DNA of 64,000 bases from a virus. Where the stretch lies: positions 1 through 64,000 of IMG/VR virus record IMGVR_UViG_3300044732_000704, one strand, 5' to 3'. Below the pieces are notes generated by a model. That model saw only the letters and a list, made by a program, of their open reading frames with translations, was not told the DNA's origin and did no database searches. How positions within the stretch are numbered: position 1 is the stretch's first letter; each line of letters begins with the position of its first letter. This document shows positions 50,700 to 61,021 of this stretch, in pieces. The position numbers and the translations under genes were made by a program.

Positions 50700-51563
50700 T
50701 TATTTAATGATTCGTTCTTTTGCAATTTTGAAATAACCTTCATCCATCTCGATACCTATAAACTTCCGGTTTAGATTTACACAAGCCACACCTGTTGTAC
50801 CGCTACCCATGAACATATCCAAAATTGTTTGATGCTCAGAAGACACAAGTTTTATTAAAACCTCCATTAATTCTACAGGCTTTTGTGTTTCATGCTCTTT
50901 TTCTTGTACTGAAGAAGATATACTTAATTTGTTTGACTGTAAAACACTACAATCAAATACACCAAGATTATCTTTGATAAAACAATCAGTAACTGTTGTT
51001 CCAACAGGGTACGGTTTGAATAACCAAACTATAGGTTCACACACCGGAGCTAGATTACCTAAACGGATGTTATCACTCACTTCGCAGATGCCTCTTTTAT
51101 TTAAGACACAGTTTATTTTCTGTGCCCTAAAAGGAGCTTTCTGTTTATCCCAAGTGATGTAATCTTTAAAGATAAACCCAACATTTTCAGCAGCACAAGT
51201 AAACCTGTGCTGTAATTGCCTACCACACATGACCATCACAGGACTACAAGGCTTAGTTACTCTGTAAACCTCTGTCAACCATTTAGTGCAAAAATCTTCA
51301 AACTCCTTACCACGCTGTTTATCAGCAGAAGACCAACCATTAAGCGGTTTACCTCTGGACTTAAACAACTTAGATTCTTTTTGAGCAGGAGAACTTCCAA
51401 GTAGTGCTGAATTTGTGTTGTTATGGGTAACGTCCCAGTGTGAAAAATCAATACCGTAGGGTACGTCTGAGATAACCACATCAACGGAACTATCTGGAAT
51501 TGCTTTCATTCGTTCCAGACAATCGCCTTGCATAAGCCACAAATTGTCTGTTTTAAAATCCAT
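50700..51563 (-). CDS. Orphan N6-adenine DNA methyltransferase, M.HindIII-like (AAGCTT predicted)
   Basis: SDVPYGID..WD..H.NTNSAL.G.S.AQ...RGKPLNGWS.ADK blocks as recalled for M.HindIII; FMGSGTT. Confidence 0.8.
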   Translation of the reverse strand: MDFKTDNLWLMQGDCLERMKAIPDSSVDVVISDVPYGIDFSHWDVTHNNTNSALLGSSPAQKESKLFKSRGKPLNGWSSADKQRGKEFEDFCTKWLTEVYRVTKPCSPVMVMCGRQLQHRFTCAAENVGFIFKDYITWDKQKAPFRAQKINCVLNKRGICEVSDNIRLGNLAPVCEPIVWLFKPYPVGTTVTDCFIKDNLGVFDCSVLQSNKLSISSSVQEKEHETQKPVELMEVLIKLVSSEHQTILDMFMGSGTTGVACVNLNRKFIGIEMDEGYFKIAKERIIK

Positions 51564-52093
51564 TATTCATTTTCTCCTGTGTTGTCGTTTAATAAATCTA
51601 ACTAATCTTCCTGTCAGTATTAAGACATTAATCCACCACGTTACAATATTAACCAGTAAGTATCGCCAATATGCTTTTGGATTGTCGGCATCTTCTGAAT
51701 ATTCAAAGTCTAGTACACTAACAAATGCAGCACAACTAAAATAAAAGATTAGGATACTTATGTTAGAACTCAAGAGCATTGTAGTACCCTGTCTCTAATC
51801 TGTGTTCAGCTAGAATTATAATGTCGTCTTCACTCATATGCGGATTCTCTTGTCGAATTAAACTCTCAGCCCACTCCTGTAAGAATATGGCATCCCAAGC
51901 TAACTGACCAACTACGTCTGTTGTTAACCAATCATCGTATACATCAATATTAAAACTACCCATTACTACTCCTTCTCTAAACTTAATAAAGCTAATGCTG
52001 CACCAAGTGCTGCCCACCCTGAGTTATGCTCAAAACAAAACCATGTGAGACCTAAGCATACCACAGCGCAACATACATTGTAAACACTATTTT

Positions 52094-52405
52094 TCATAAT
52101 TTCTCTCCATACCAAACGTTATTCCTAATCAATGTCTCAGCATCCCTGACAATAAACATTGGATACTGATTCGACTTCACATCAAACAAACTACCAGCAG
52201 ACATCCTATCGTCTGTTATTAAGTGCGATAATAGCTTATGCTTAATATTCTTGTCAATAACTAATTTGCATAGCTTGTCAAATACTTCATCGGATAAGAA
52301 TGATTCCGACCTTATATAATACCCATAACTGGATAATACTATAAAATAAATCACACTGGAAGCAGATTCTTTGTATGATTTACGTGCTTGATTGTCGAGG
52401 TTCAT
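52094..52405 (-). CDS. Protein resembling the NAD-dependent ligase N-terminal (Ia) subdomain
   Basis: YxYY...SDxxFD motif. Confidence 0.5.
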   Translation of the reverse strand: MNLDNQARKSYKESASSVIYFIVLSSYGYYIRSESFLSDEVFDKLCKLVIDKNIKHKLLSHLITDDRMSAGSLFDVKSNQYPMFIVRDAETLIRNNVWYGEKL

Positions 52406-52407
52406 AA

Positions 52408-52854
52408 TTATTCTTTCACAAGGTCAGCAGCATCACTCAGTAAATCTAACTGGCGACTATACTTCTGAATACGTTTATAATCCACATCCACAGCAGACTG
52501 TGAAAGATTAGCCAATGTGTCACAATACTTCACTTTCAGTGCAATCTCATTGGACTTTACTTTCTCGATATACTCTTTGTAGGTTTGATTGAACTGTGGG
52601 TATTTTGTCAGTGTATCCACAGCACCTAATACATCACCACCAAACAACTCAAGTAGTATAGCAGGGTCACAATTAGTATCTTCTAGAATATCATGCAGAT
52701 ATGCCACACATACAATTGTTTCATCGTCACCATAGTACATTCTACAATTATCTACTACATCGTTCAAGTGAACAGTGTATGGATTGTTCCCGTATTTCTG
52801 ATCTTTGTGATAATGAAAAGCTAATGCTTTTGCTAAATTTACTAATGTACTCAT
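52408..52854 (-). CDS. HD-domain hydrolase (SpoT/Mesh1-like)
   Basis: H..Q.Y...PY..H, LHDILED and VKYCDTLAN motifs. Confidence 0.85.
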   Translation of the reverse strand: MSTLVNLAKALAFHYHKDQKYGNNPYTVHLNDVVDNCRMYYGDDETIVCVAYLHDILEDTNCDPAILLELFGGDVLGAVDTLTKYPQFNQTYKEYIEKVKSNEIALKVKYCDTLANLSQSAVDVDYKRIQKYSRQLDLLSDAADLVKE

Positions 52855-52855
52855 A

Positions 52856-53359
52856 TCAAAACCCCTCTCTCAAATAAAACGGATCAGTAATTACAGGAAC
52901 ATCGCCACGAAACATGATATTAGTAAAACGTAGATCCCATTCTAAGTCTTGTTTCAAATACTTCTCGTAATAATATTCCAAATAATCTAAAGTTGTGTCA
53001 AAACTTTTAGAATAAACACCTTTCCAAAGTTCGTTGTTATACGTTTGCCAACCTTGACTTTCTGCATAAAACTGAACCTCGCTGTGAACATCATCCCCAA
53101 AAGATAGTCGTTCCATCAATACATAATGACAGTCGTTTATTACGACAACATCATACACTGTTGGAAAATGTTCTGAGTTACTAGATAACACATATTCTAA
53201 GAATTTTAAATAGGCTTCGTCTTCAGTTTCTTTTATTACCAAGTCTTCATCCAGTAAGTACACTGTGGAAAATGACCCACGAAATTTAGTGTTGTGTCCA
53301 CGAGATTCTAACCAATCAGCTAAGCCGTCTTCATCTTTAAATATATCAAAAATCTTCAC
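52856..53359 (-). CDS. Protein kinase-like protein (T7 gp0.7-type)
   Basis: GSFSTVY, VIK, MERL, DLxxxNIM and ITDP motifs. Confidence 0.75.
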   Translation of the reverse strand: MKIFDIFKDEDGLADWLESRGHNTKFRGSFSTVYLLDEDLVIKETEDEAYLKFLEYVLSSNSEHFPTVYDVVVINDCHYVLMERLSFGDDVHSEVQFYAESQGWQTYNNELWKGVYSKSFDTTLDYLEYYYEKYLKQDLEWDLRFTNIMFRGDVPVITDPFYLREGF

Positions 53360-53374
53360 ATTACACCTCCCGAA

Positions 53375-53620
53375 TTATTCATCTGGGTTCCAAACCCATA
53401 AGGTAGTAGTTTTATTTCCTTTAAACTCTGTCCAACCTAAAGGAATATCACCAACCCTACCTGCTGCTCTCGCTTGAGACTTAGACCTAAACAGCTTTAA
53501 TTCAACTACTAAATCTGTGATGTTATTGGCTTCACTAAAAATAACATCTTCGTCACCGAACAAACAACGTAAATCTCTTTTTGTCCACTTAGAGTTCTTT
53601 ATTACAACGTTCATACACAC
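53375..53620 (-). CDS. S4-like RNA-binding domain protein
   Basis: DLVVELKLFRSKSQAR resembles the TyrRS C-terminal S4 motif. Confidence 0.45.
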   Translation of the reverse strand: MCMNVVIKNSKWTKRDLRCLFGDEDVIFSEANNITDLVVELKLFRSKSQARAAGRVGDIPLGWTEFKGNKTTTLWVWNPDE

Positions 53621-53848
53621 CTCAACCCATACATACCATCATAATTGTCCTTGATATATTTCTCAGCAGCTTCCCGCTTCTGTACTTTGATGAAAACGAA
53701 ATCTCCATTAGCATCTCTAAACATCCACTTACTCGGAAAACAAAATTCGGGGCTATGATATTGCTCTAACGTCACAACAACAGTCTCAATCACTTTCTCT
53801 TTCTTTTGCTTAGTCATTCATTACGCTCCTTCCTGATAAGATGAAACA

Positions 53849-53919
53849 AGTGTACAGGTGATTCTGTTTGGTGTCAACATAAATTTCCTATTTACAAATT
53901 ATTAATGTTCGTGTATACT
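53849..53919. promoter_or_regulatory. Divergent sigma70 promoters
   Basis: Minus strand TTGACA-17-TACACT; plus strand TTTACA-17-TATACT. Confidence 0.65.
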
Positions 53920-53951
53920 GATGGAAGGGATGTACCCTGTCAAGGAATAAA

Positions 53952-54500
53952 ATGAAAGTAATAGAATATTTCCATGAACTCGTTTCTCTTGGAAAGAAAC
54001 AAATCAAGCGTAGCTTAGACAACTTGTTTTCTCAAGGTGACTGGCAGTTCTTACAACTAAACAATTACACTTCTGCTTCTCCTTTAGTGGTGAATCAGGG
54101 TAGTACAACAAAGTTGCAATTCCAACCTGCTGATATATTCTTTCAGGCAGGAAGGGATTTGTCTCTGAACTATAACTTCGTGTCTCAGAAGTTTCAACCA
54201 CAAACATTAAATGATGTGTTCTTAGTGGAAGTGCGTATGAAGATGAAGTGTTCATCTCAAAACGGATATGGAGACTTGTTGTTAGAGTCTCCTTCGTTCC
54301 TGTATAATCCTATACAAGCTCGCACAGTAACTTCACCGAAACTAGCTAACACTGAGCAATTCATTTCCATTGCTGCTCCAGTGTTTATTGGCCCTGATGT
54401 GTTAACGAATGGACTTGAAGTTAAGTTTGCTGCTGGAACCGGTAATTTTAGTTTGTATGACGTGAGTTATATGATTACAAGATTAGCTTCTGGATTGTAA
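53952..54500 (+). CDS. Hypothetical beta-rich protein, stand-alone unit
   Basis: Has its own promoter, RBS and terminator, opposite to its neighbours. Confidence 0.7.
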   Translation: MKVIEYFHELVSLGKKQIKRSLDNLFSQGDWQFLQLNNYTSASPLVVNQGSTTKLQFQPADIFFQAGRDLSLNYNFVSQKFQPQTLNDVFLVEVRMKMKCSSQNGYGDLLLESPSFLYNPIQARTVTSPKLANTEQFISIAAPVFIGPDVLTNGLEVKFAAGTGNFSLYDVSYMITRLASGL

Positions 54501-54514
54501 ATTGCACATAAAAC

Positions 54515-54539
54515 AAAGCCCGCATTTAGCGGGCTTTTT
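54515..54539. terminator. Bidirectional terminator
   Basis: AAAGCCCGC-ATTTA-GCGGGCTTTTT. Confidence 0.85.
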
Positions 54540-54701
54540 CATTTGTATCATATGTTCCTTTATACACTTCTTGCATACACTCCTCAATCTCTTTAGGAGA
54601 CAGAAAGCTACATAAGATGACATACAATGCGTTACGTTCTGCTAATAGATCAGGAACGCGCATAGGCGGTCTATCGTCGATGTCTGTGTAGTGGTATGAC
54701 A

Positions 54702-54986
54702 TTATTTATTCCTCTCACTAATTAAATCTGCAACATATACCCCACCTAATGCACCAACACTTGCACCAATAGCTAAGATGAAGATGGGCCATGTAGACGA
54801 TGTAACAATAGCTGTTCCCACAGCAGTAGAATATACTGTCAGTTCAAGAACAGCAATTAGATAACTGATAAATGGAATTGCTTTGTAATTGCGTAATGCG
54901 ATTGTTCTGGATTGCATCGTTTTCAGAGAGGTAGAGACTGCGAACGCTGCCGTTGTAGCAATTAAACTAAAACTCAAGATGCTCAT
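54702..54986 (-). CDS. Small membrane protein
   Basis: Three hydrophobic segments. Confidence 0.6.
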   Translation of the reverse strand: MSILSFSLIATTAAFAVSTSLKTMQSRTIALRNYKAIPFISYLIAVLELTVYSTAVGTAIVTSSTWPIFILAIGASVGALGGVYVADLISERNK

Positions 54987-55593
54987 CTCCTGTAATTATA
55001 AACCTTTTTCGTAAGGCATCCGCCACCCTAGGGTCAGTCACCTTTTCCGCCAACAGTTGACTATATTCGTGTTTTCTAACTTTCCAAGCAAGATGCGCTT
55101 CGAGAGCTGTGTCAAACGCCCCTATAAATTTTTTAGATTGATTGTCATCTAGCAGTTTAGGGCGTCTACATACAGCGTTAAATCTTCCATTTCTTTTATC
55201 ATACTCTACCCCTGTGTGTTTTCCGTTTCTTTTGTAGGAAAACCAAAGATTAATACTCTGATCCACAAAACAACACGTCTCTGGTGAGTATATCTTATTG
55301 TTCATCACTAAAATATCCTTGTCTAGTTGAAGTCTCTCCCAATCTTTTTCTACTTGGATATCTAAAACCCATTTTTTAAAATTAGAGAAAATCAACCACT
55401 CATCACATACAGTGGTTCCGACATAGGTCGGCTGTCTATCCTGATAATATTTTCCATAACTTCTACTGAGCATGTCTTTCCACTTTGAATACACTGGGCA
55501 AACCCACACTACATGTCTCTTACCTTCAATATATTCATGTTTATAATTTTGACCAACATCGTTTACCCCTACCCCACATACAGTCTTAGTCAT
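54967..55593 (-). CDS. HNH/AP2-type homing endonuclease
   Basis: VCGVGVND, WxxFSNF, LDKDIL...YSPETC; AP2-like C-terminus. Confidence 0.8.
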   Translation of the reverse strand: MTKTVCGVGVNDVGQNYKHEYIEGKRHVVWVCPVYSKWKDMLSRSYGKYYQDRQPTYVGTTVCDEWLIFSNFKKWVLDIQVEKDWERLQLDKDILVMNNKIYSPETCCFVDQSINLWFSYKRNGKHTGVEYDKRNGRFNAVCRRPKLLDDNQSKKFIGAFDTALEAHLAWKVRKHEYSQLLAEKVTDPRVADALRKRFIITGDEHLEF

Positions 55594-56177
55594 ACCACCC
55601 CTCCACTTGTTCCACTGATTCCTACCACATCATCCACAATATTTCCCACTTTATTCAAGAACTGTTCCAATGTTCCATTGTTATTCACCAAGAATGTGTG
55701 ATATAATGGTGATGTCGGTAAATAGTTTCGACTATCACCGGCAAAAGTATAACCTTCACGTTCAATACGGATAACACAAACGTAATGTCCAGCTTCCAGT
55801 AGTGGAACAATCTCTGATTCAAAACCACTGTCGGAGATCACCACTAAGTCAGATGTAATTGACTGAGCTAATTGCTTACCGAAGAAGTCTTTACCTAATA
55901 ATGGCTTTACAATATTCTCAGAGCAATGGATCAGCCATTGTCGAGGACTAGCTTGTTCACCCCCTACTGAGAAATAGTGAGATGGTGTTTCCTTGGTTGG
56001 TCGGAATGTAGCTAACTGCTTCATTTGAAACTCGGTAATCCCTGCCACCATAGCAGCCACTTTGTACAAGCCATCTTTGAATCGAAGATGTTGTGCATCA
56101 TACTTCTCAGCAATATAGTCAGCAGCAGTATCCTTCCCACTAAAAGCGGGAGAATTCATTACGATAATTTTAGCCAT
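55590..56177 (-). CDS. Deoxynucleoside monophosphate kinase
   Basis: SGKDTAA, PRQWL, ISDSGF and DSR motifs. Confidence 0.8.
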   Translation of the reverse strand: MAKIIVMNSPAFSGKDTAADYIAEKYDAQHLRFKDGLYKVAAMVAGITEFQMKQLATFRPTKETPSHYFSVGGEQASPRQWLIHCSENIVKPLLGKDFFGKQLAQSITSDLVVISDSGFESEIVPLLEAGHYVCVIRIEREGYTFAGDSRNYLPTSPLYHTFLVNNNGTLEQFLNKVGNIVDDVVGISGTSGGVV

Positions 56178-56457
56178 TTTGTTTCTCCTCTCTGATCATA
56201 CTATTTAAAGCTTCATTTAAATCACCATCAATAAACCCAGCCATATTCGTAACTCCGTACCACTCTCTACCACGTAGCTTCGGGATACTTGACCAGTGAT
56301 TATTAATATAGACATATTTCACTTGCTTTGTTAAATCTACCATAGCTTCTGCGACAGTTTTGTATGGCAGATTCTCCTTAGAAAGTGTAAACTGTAATGT
56401 GTCTACGAACAACCTCCATTCGGTACGGTTGTTACACAAAACTGCAATATTTCTCAC
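56170..56457 (-). CDS. Hypothetical protein
   Basis: GTG start; 5' end duplicated at 57284-57309. Confidence 0.65.
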   Translation of the reverse strand: MRNIAVLCNNRTEWRLFVDTLQFTLSKENLPYKTVAEAMVDLTKQVKYVYINNHWSSIPKLRGREWYGVTNMAGFIDGDLNEALNSMIREEKQNG

Positions 56458-57263
56458 AAATCACCCCCGTAAGCATTCATATAGTAATCTACATAAATTT
56501 CTGTACCGGTATATAATTTAAAGAATAAATCAGGAGGTAACTGCTCTTGATATTTAATGACAGTTTCTTTTACGTGATTTATTTTAGCCACCTTGTAAAC
56601 ACTAGAAGCTTCCACATACGAGTCAAATTGCCCTAAATTTTTTGATTTTCTATTGCCTTTGCTTGTTATAGTCCCTTTGTGTATTTGCGCTATGAATTTT
56701 CTTCTTGACTTTGAGAAACAGACACCAGTTATGTGTTTAGATGTACCTGAAAACAAGACATTTACTGCTTTGGGTATATATCTTGCTGTTTCTGGGCTAT
56801 AGTGTTTGTTCCCCAAATGTAGTAAATCCTTATCTACACAACCACCTTTACCATATAGTCTTTCTTGGTCATAATACCACTTAGCGAAATTCTGAAAATT
56901 GTGCCACTCTTCACAAATTGTTGCGTTTATGTATAGATGTTTAGATTTAGTATCCGTATAACAATCTTTTATTCTATTGCGCCAAGCTGTATATGCCGAT
57001 GTTGTCCTAGATTTACCAAGCCTCGTATAACTCGGAGAATAAGGTCCGACACCGCAGAATCCCACCCCGCACACTGTAGGGAAATACGGGTCTCTTATAC
57101 TTCCCCTTTTAACATCAGAAAAATCAGTTCTTATGCAAAACCCTGTTTTTAAGAATTTTACTACTACATCGTCATAATTATGGTATTCTGATATTACGAA
57201 TTCACCACATCTTTTACTTTTGAAAATTTTACCTTCATATAAAGTTTTATTCTTTACTAGCAT
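56454..57263 (-). CDS. HNH/AP2-type homing endonuclease
   Basis: VCGVGF, WHNFQNFAKW and VDKDLL...YSPET motifs. Confidence 0.8.
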   Translation of the reverse strand: MLVKNKTLYEGKIFKSKRCGEFVISEYHNYDDVVVKFLKTGFCIRTDFSDVKRGSIRDPYFPTVCGVGFCGVGPYSPSYTRLGKSRTTSAYTAWRNRIKDCYTDTKSKHLYINATICEEWHNFQNFAKWYYDQERLYGKGGCVDKDLLHLGNKHYSPETARYIPKAVNVLFSGTSKHITGVCFSKSRRKFIAQIHKGTITSKGNRKSKNLGQFDSYVEASSVYKVAKINHVKETVIKYQEQLPPDLFFKLYTGTEIYVDYYMNAYGGDL

Positions 57264-57380
57264 GACTGACGAGTCTCCTTATCTTACAAATTACCGCAAT
57301 ATTTCTCATACATCCTCCACATAAAATAAAAGCCGCCTACACCAGTAGAGCGGCTATCATATCAAACTAATTGTCTATTG

Positions 57381-58127
57381 TCAATGTAATTTTGGAGGTT
57401 CTTCATCTTCGATTTCAATAATCTCAAATGTCTCGCCGTCCTCTCCGACTTCAACAATAATATCACCTTGAATATAAGCGATTAGTTGAAGCTTAGATAG
57501 TTTCTTCAGAATTGCTTCTGGTAATTCATCAGCTTCCATTGAGGCTAGGAAGTCTTGTTGAGCTTTATCTACAGCTTCTTTGTGTTGTTTCTGAAGTTTC
57601 TCAGCACGAGATTCAAGACGTTTGATAATTTCCGGATCATTCAGCCAAAAGTCTTTACCTTCCAACACAGAATCAATTTCTTCCTGTGTCAAGAAAAATT
57701 CAAACACATCGTTGTATAAACTCTTAGTTCTTGCCAACTCTGCCTGAATACGAGAAGGTGCATCACTGAGCTTCCCATAATTTCCTCCAATTGCTTGGTG
57801 GATCATTAACATTGTATGCTGACCAACTTCCTGAGAATGGCAAGCCATGAAGATAATACCAGCAGCACTACATGCTTCACCTGCAAGAACACCAATTACA
57901 TGACCTTTACATTCACGAATTGTATTCACAATCTGAACACACGTACCGGCTTCACCACCGTAGTTATTAATAATAATACGGATTGTATCATTCTCTGTGG
58001 CCGTATCAAGAAGCTGTAAGAATTCATGGTACTCATGCGAGTCTTGCACGATGTCAGACAGGTAATACGTGAACTCGAAAGCTAAAGGTTTAGCGTATAC
58101 AACATCTTTATTTGGTTTATCACTCAT
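57381..58127 (-). CDS. clpP: ClpP-like protease
   Basis: INNYGG, ACSAAG and MLMIHQ motifs. Confidence 0.8.
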   Translation of the reverse strand: MSDKPNKDVVYAKPLAFEFTYYLSDIVQDSHEYHEFLQLLDTATENDTIRIIINNYGGEAGTCVQIVNTIRECKGHVIGVLAGEACSAAGIIFMACHSQEVGQHTMLMIHQAIGGNYGKLSDAPSRIQAELARTKSLYNDVFEFFLTQEEIDSVLEGKDFWLNDPEIIKRLESRAEKLQKQHKEAVDKAQQDFLASMEADELPEAILKKLSKLQLIAYIQGDIIVEVGEDGETFEIIEIEDEEPPKLH

Positions 58128-58930
58128 TGTGTTTCTCCTTCTTCCCAGTGATTAGCATAATTACCTGTATCGTTCTCACGAGCCTGCACAATGCGTTTAA
58201 CGAACTCTGAACGAACAATATCTTCGCTGTCACCTTCAATGAACTCTACAGTGTCCCACAGGTTGTGCCTTGCAACAAACTCGCGCAACCAAGTAAGACC
58301 GTCTTTACCTTTCACATCAGATTGTGTCTTATCTCCAAGGAGAATCAACTTACCGTCTTCAGTAATACGTGTAAGAATTGAATATAATTCTGTAGCACTA
58401 CACCCTTGCACTTCATCAACTACAGCCCAGCCTGAAATATTGCGACCGCGCAGGTATTCAAAAGGCAGTAGTTCAATCGTTCCTGTGTTCAGACCTGATT
58501 CGTATACACCGATACCGTATCGGTCTTTAACAACCTCAATCAGCGGCATTAGATATGGTTCATATTTCTGACGTAAATCCCCTTTAAGGAAACCTAATGT
58601 GTTCCCCATACCAACAGCAGGACGAGCAAGGAATAACTTGTTTGTTTTACCTTGCATTAAAGCGTCAGATGCTGTAGCAACACTTAGTAAACTTTTACCG
58701 GTTCCTGCTGGGCTACTAATTACAATAACTTGTTTCGTAGCTAACGCACGAAGAACTTTCTTTTGGAATTCGTTCTTAGCTTGAACAGGTTTCACTTGTT
58801 TACGTTCTTCTAAGAACTTTTCCTTAATCTGACGCTGACCCTCGTTCACTCGGTCTGCACGAACATCATCTTTGGATTTGCGTGTACGACGAACACGTTG
58901 TTTAGCATTCGTGCTATGCTCTAAAGTCAT
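58124..58930 (-). CDS. phoH: PhoH-like ATPase
   Basis: PAGTGKS, RPAV, LGFLKG, YLRGR, DEVQ, GD..QSD and DIVRS motifs. Confidence 0.93.
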   Translation of the reverse strand: MTLEHSTNAKQRVRRTRKSKDDVRADRVNEGQRQIKEKFLEERKQVKPVQAKNEFQKKVLRALATKQVIVISSPAGTGKSLLSVATASDALMQGKTNKLFLARPAVGMGNTLGFLKGDLRQKYEPYLMPLIEVVKDRYGIGVYESGLNTGTIELLPFEYLRGRNISGWAVVDEVQGCSATELYSILTRITEDGKLILLGDKTQSDVKGKDGLTWLREFVARHNLWDTVEFIEGDSEDIVRSEFVKRIVQARENDTGNYANHWEEGETQ

Positions 58931-59532
58931 TCAACTACTCCTTATTTGAAATAAATATCTTCTTTCATTTCTGATACCAAATGTTTTGCGTAGGTAATAA
59001 TTGATTCTCTGTCACTCCACAGAATCAACTTAATAAGTAGCCCAGCAGGTACGTATACAAATAACACCAATAAAACACATAAAGTAAAACGTAGATGATT
59101 TAACCACATCATAAAAACTCCTGTAACGTTTCTAATTCAAAATCAGATAATAAAACCTTAGTAGGTTTTGTCTTAGCTCGCAGAACTGATTCATACTGCC
59201 TTGATAAATGAACATAAGCTAAATAATCTGGGTCAATTTGTGTTAACAAATTATCATCCACAGGATTACCTCCACGAAATTGCTCAAGCCATTGTTCTAC
59301 AGCAAGAATGAATGAATCTGTTTGATATTCATAGAGCATTATGCTTTCTCCCCAAAGTAAACCCCAGCCAGATAAGCAGCCCCTAGCACCATACCTGCTG
59401 CAAAATACCAACCAAGTTTTAATGCCATTAATTGCACAATACCTAGCGGAATCATAATACATAAATTTTTAATCATAATTTCTCTCCTCAATAATTAATC
59501 ATTATTCAATACTACCACTAAATTCCTATTTG

Positions 59533-59748
59533 TCAATAGACTGCGCCGAAATTATCCAGATATGCTTCCAGATCATCAATAATCTCTTGTCTACAACGTT
59601 CTCCATTCCAGCGTATTGGTGTTCTGTATTTAAGATTATTCTTATAATACACATATCCAACATAAGCTGTTTCTTCGTAATTACCTGCAACTTCTACAAC
59701 AAGGTCAAATCCGTTGTGATTGTCGTAGGAATAAATGTTGTCTTGCAT
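59533..59748 (-). CDS. Hypothetical protein
   Basis: AAGGAG RBS. Confidence 0.55.
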   Translation of the reverse strand: MQDNIYSYDNHNGFDLVVEVAGNYEETAYVGYVYYKNNLKYRTPIRWNGERCRQEIIDDLEAYLDNFGAVY

Positions 59749-60331
59749 GTTGTTCTCCTTTAGTTAACCAGTGTAATCGGGGTTGACCACAGTATTTATT
59801 ATCAAACCGATACCAAGCATAGCACACACTATTTGCGGTTTCTTCACGATATACACCTTTAGGACAACTCACTCTGTAAGTAAATACATAAACATCCGAT
59901 AATTTACCTAAATTAAATAAGTTATCAAATCGCTTCTGTCCTTCTAAAAACGATAGTCTTAAAAAGTGCCATTGAACGGCTGCATGTTCAAAGCCTTTCA
60001 GGATAAACTCCGCAGCTTTGTTATAAGGCGGATTTGTTACAATAAGATCGTGTTTGCCTATACCGTTATCTTCGGATAAGAAATCTACAGTGTTGTCGTA
60101 ATAAACCCCTTTAACTGGATGTAATTCGTTCACATATATTTTCGCATCAATCACTTGACTCTCTAAATAATCAGCAATATCTAACATACCAGCGCAAGGT
60201 TCTAATACTGATTTACTTCGTAAAACATCTTTCAGCATGTGTGACCAAATAGCATCCAAAGCTTCTTCAGGTGTAACATATAAATCATTAGATGATTGTT
60301 TCTCATCTCGTTTTGTATTTGGTGTTGCCAT
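59705..60331 (-). CDS. Orphan N6-adenine DNA methyltransferase
   Basis: DLYVTP, EPCAG and TNPPY motifs. Confidence 0.85.
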   Translation of the reverse strand: MATPNTKRDEKQSSNDLYVTPEEALDAIWSHMLKDVLRSKSVLEPCAGMLDIADYLESQVIDAKIYVNELHPVKGVYYDNTVDFLSEDNGIGKHDLIVTNPPYNKAAEFILKGFEHAAVQWHFLRLSFLEGQKRFDNLFNLGKLSDVYVFTYRVSCPKGVYREETANSVCYAWYRFDNKYCGQPRLHWLTKGEQHARQHLFLRQSQRI

Positions 60332-60669
60332 TATTCCAATTCCTCCAATAGTTCTGTCAACAATTGCATCTGACGTTTAATTCTCGCTACAGGACATTTA
60401 GGGTTAGGCATAGTAGAGAACCCTCTAAATGTTACTTCCTCGCACCACCAATCAGCAATATCAAATAATTCAATGACTTCGTTCTCAGTCAGTCGCATTA
60501 CATTGCCGAAATCAGTTAACACATGGAACAAGTGAAATGTTTCTACACCACCGTAATTCTCATCTTCTTCTTTAATAATAAAAGCATTCCCACAACGCTG
60601 ACCATCTTTAGTTGCTAAAGCCATACCTACTTCTGGGGTAAATTTACGATTAATTGGTTTCATTCTCAT
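60331..60669 (-). CDS. Hypothetical protein
   Basis: TKDG...GNA...TDFGN motif. Confidence 0.6.
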   Translation of the reverse strand: MRMKPINRKFTPEVGMALATKDGQRCGNAFIIKEEDENYGGVETFHLFHVLTDFGNVMRLTENEVIELFDIADWWCEEVTFRGFSTMPNPKCPVARIKRQMQLLTELLEELE

Positions 60670-60674
60670 CCCCC

Positions 60675-60980
60675 TCAAAAACTTGGTTTCTTAAATTTAA
60701 TAGTCAAGCGTTCATACTCGGCTTTCTCTTTTTCTTCTAGCATTTTAACATAATACGCTTCTCTCCCCAGTCTCCCTTGATATTCTTCATCAGTTTCTTC
60801 TCTGTTGTGATAAACTACAAATTCTTTATACTCATCACCCCAAGAATACCGTGTTTCAACCTCGTAGTCCAATGTGTTACCGTACTGTGTAACTAACTCT
60901 TGCAGTTCAAGAATTAAATCCGGAACATTGCCCTCTGTTTGAAGTGTTGTCAGCTCTACTCGAACCATCTGTTTACTCAT
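60675..60980 (-). CDS. Hypothetical protein (start moved to MSKQ)
   Basis: GAGG RBS; REETDEE motif. Confidence 0.6.
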   Translation of the reverse strand: MSKQMVRVELTTLQTEGNVPDLILELQELVTQYGNTLDYEVETRYSWGDEYKEFVVYHNREETDEEYQGRLGREAYYVKMLEEKEKAEYERLTIKFKKPSF

Positions 60981-61021
60981 TACCTCAATCCTCCTGTTAA
61001 AATCAATTATAACCGCCCTAT

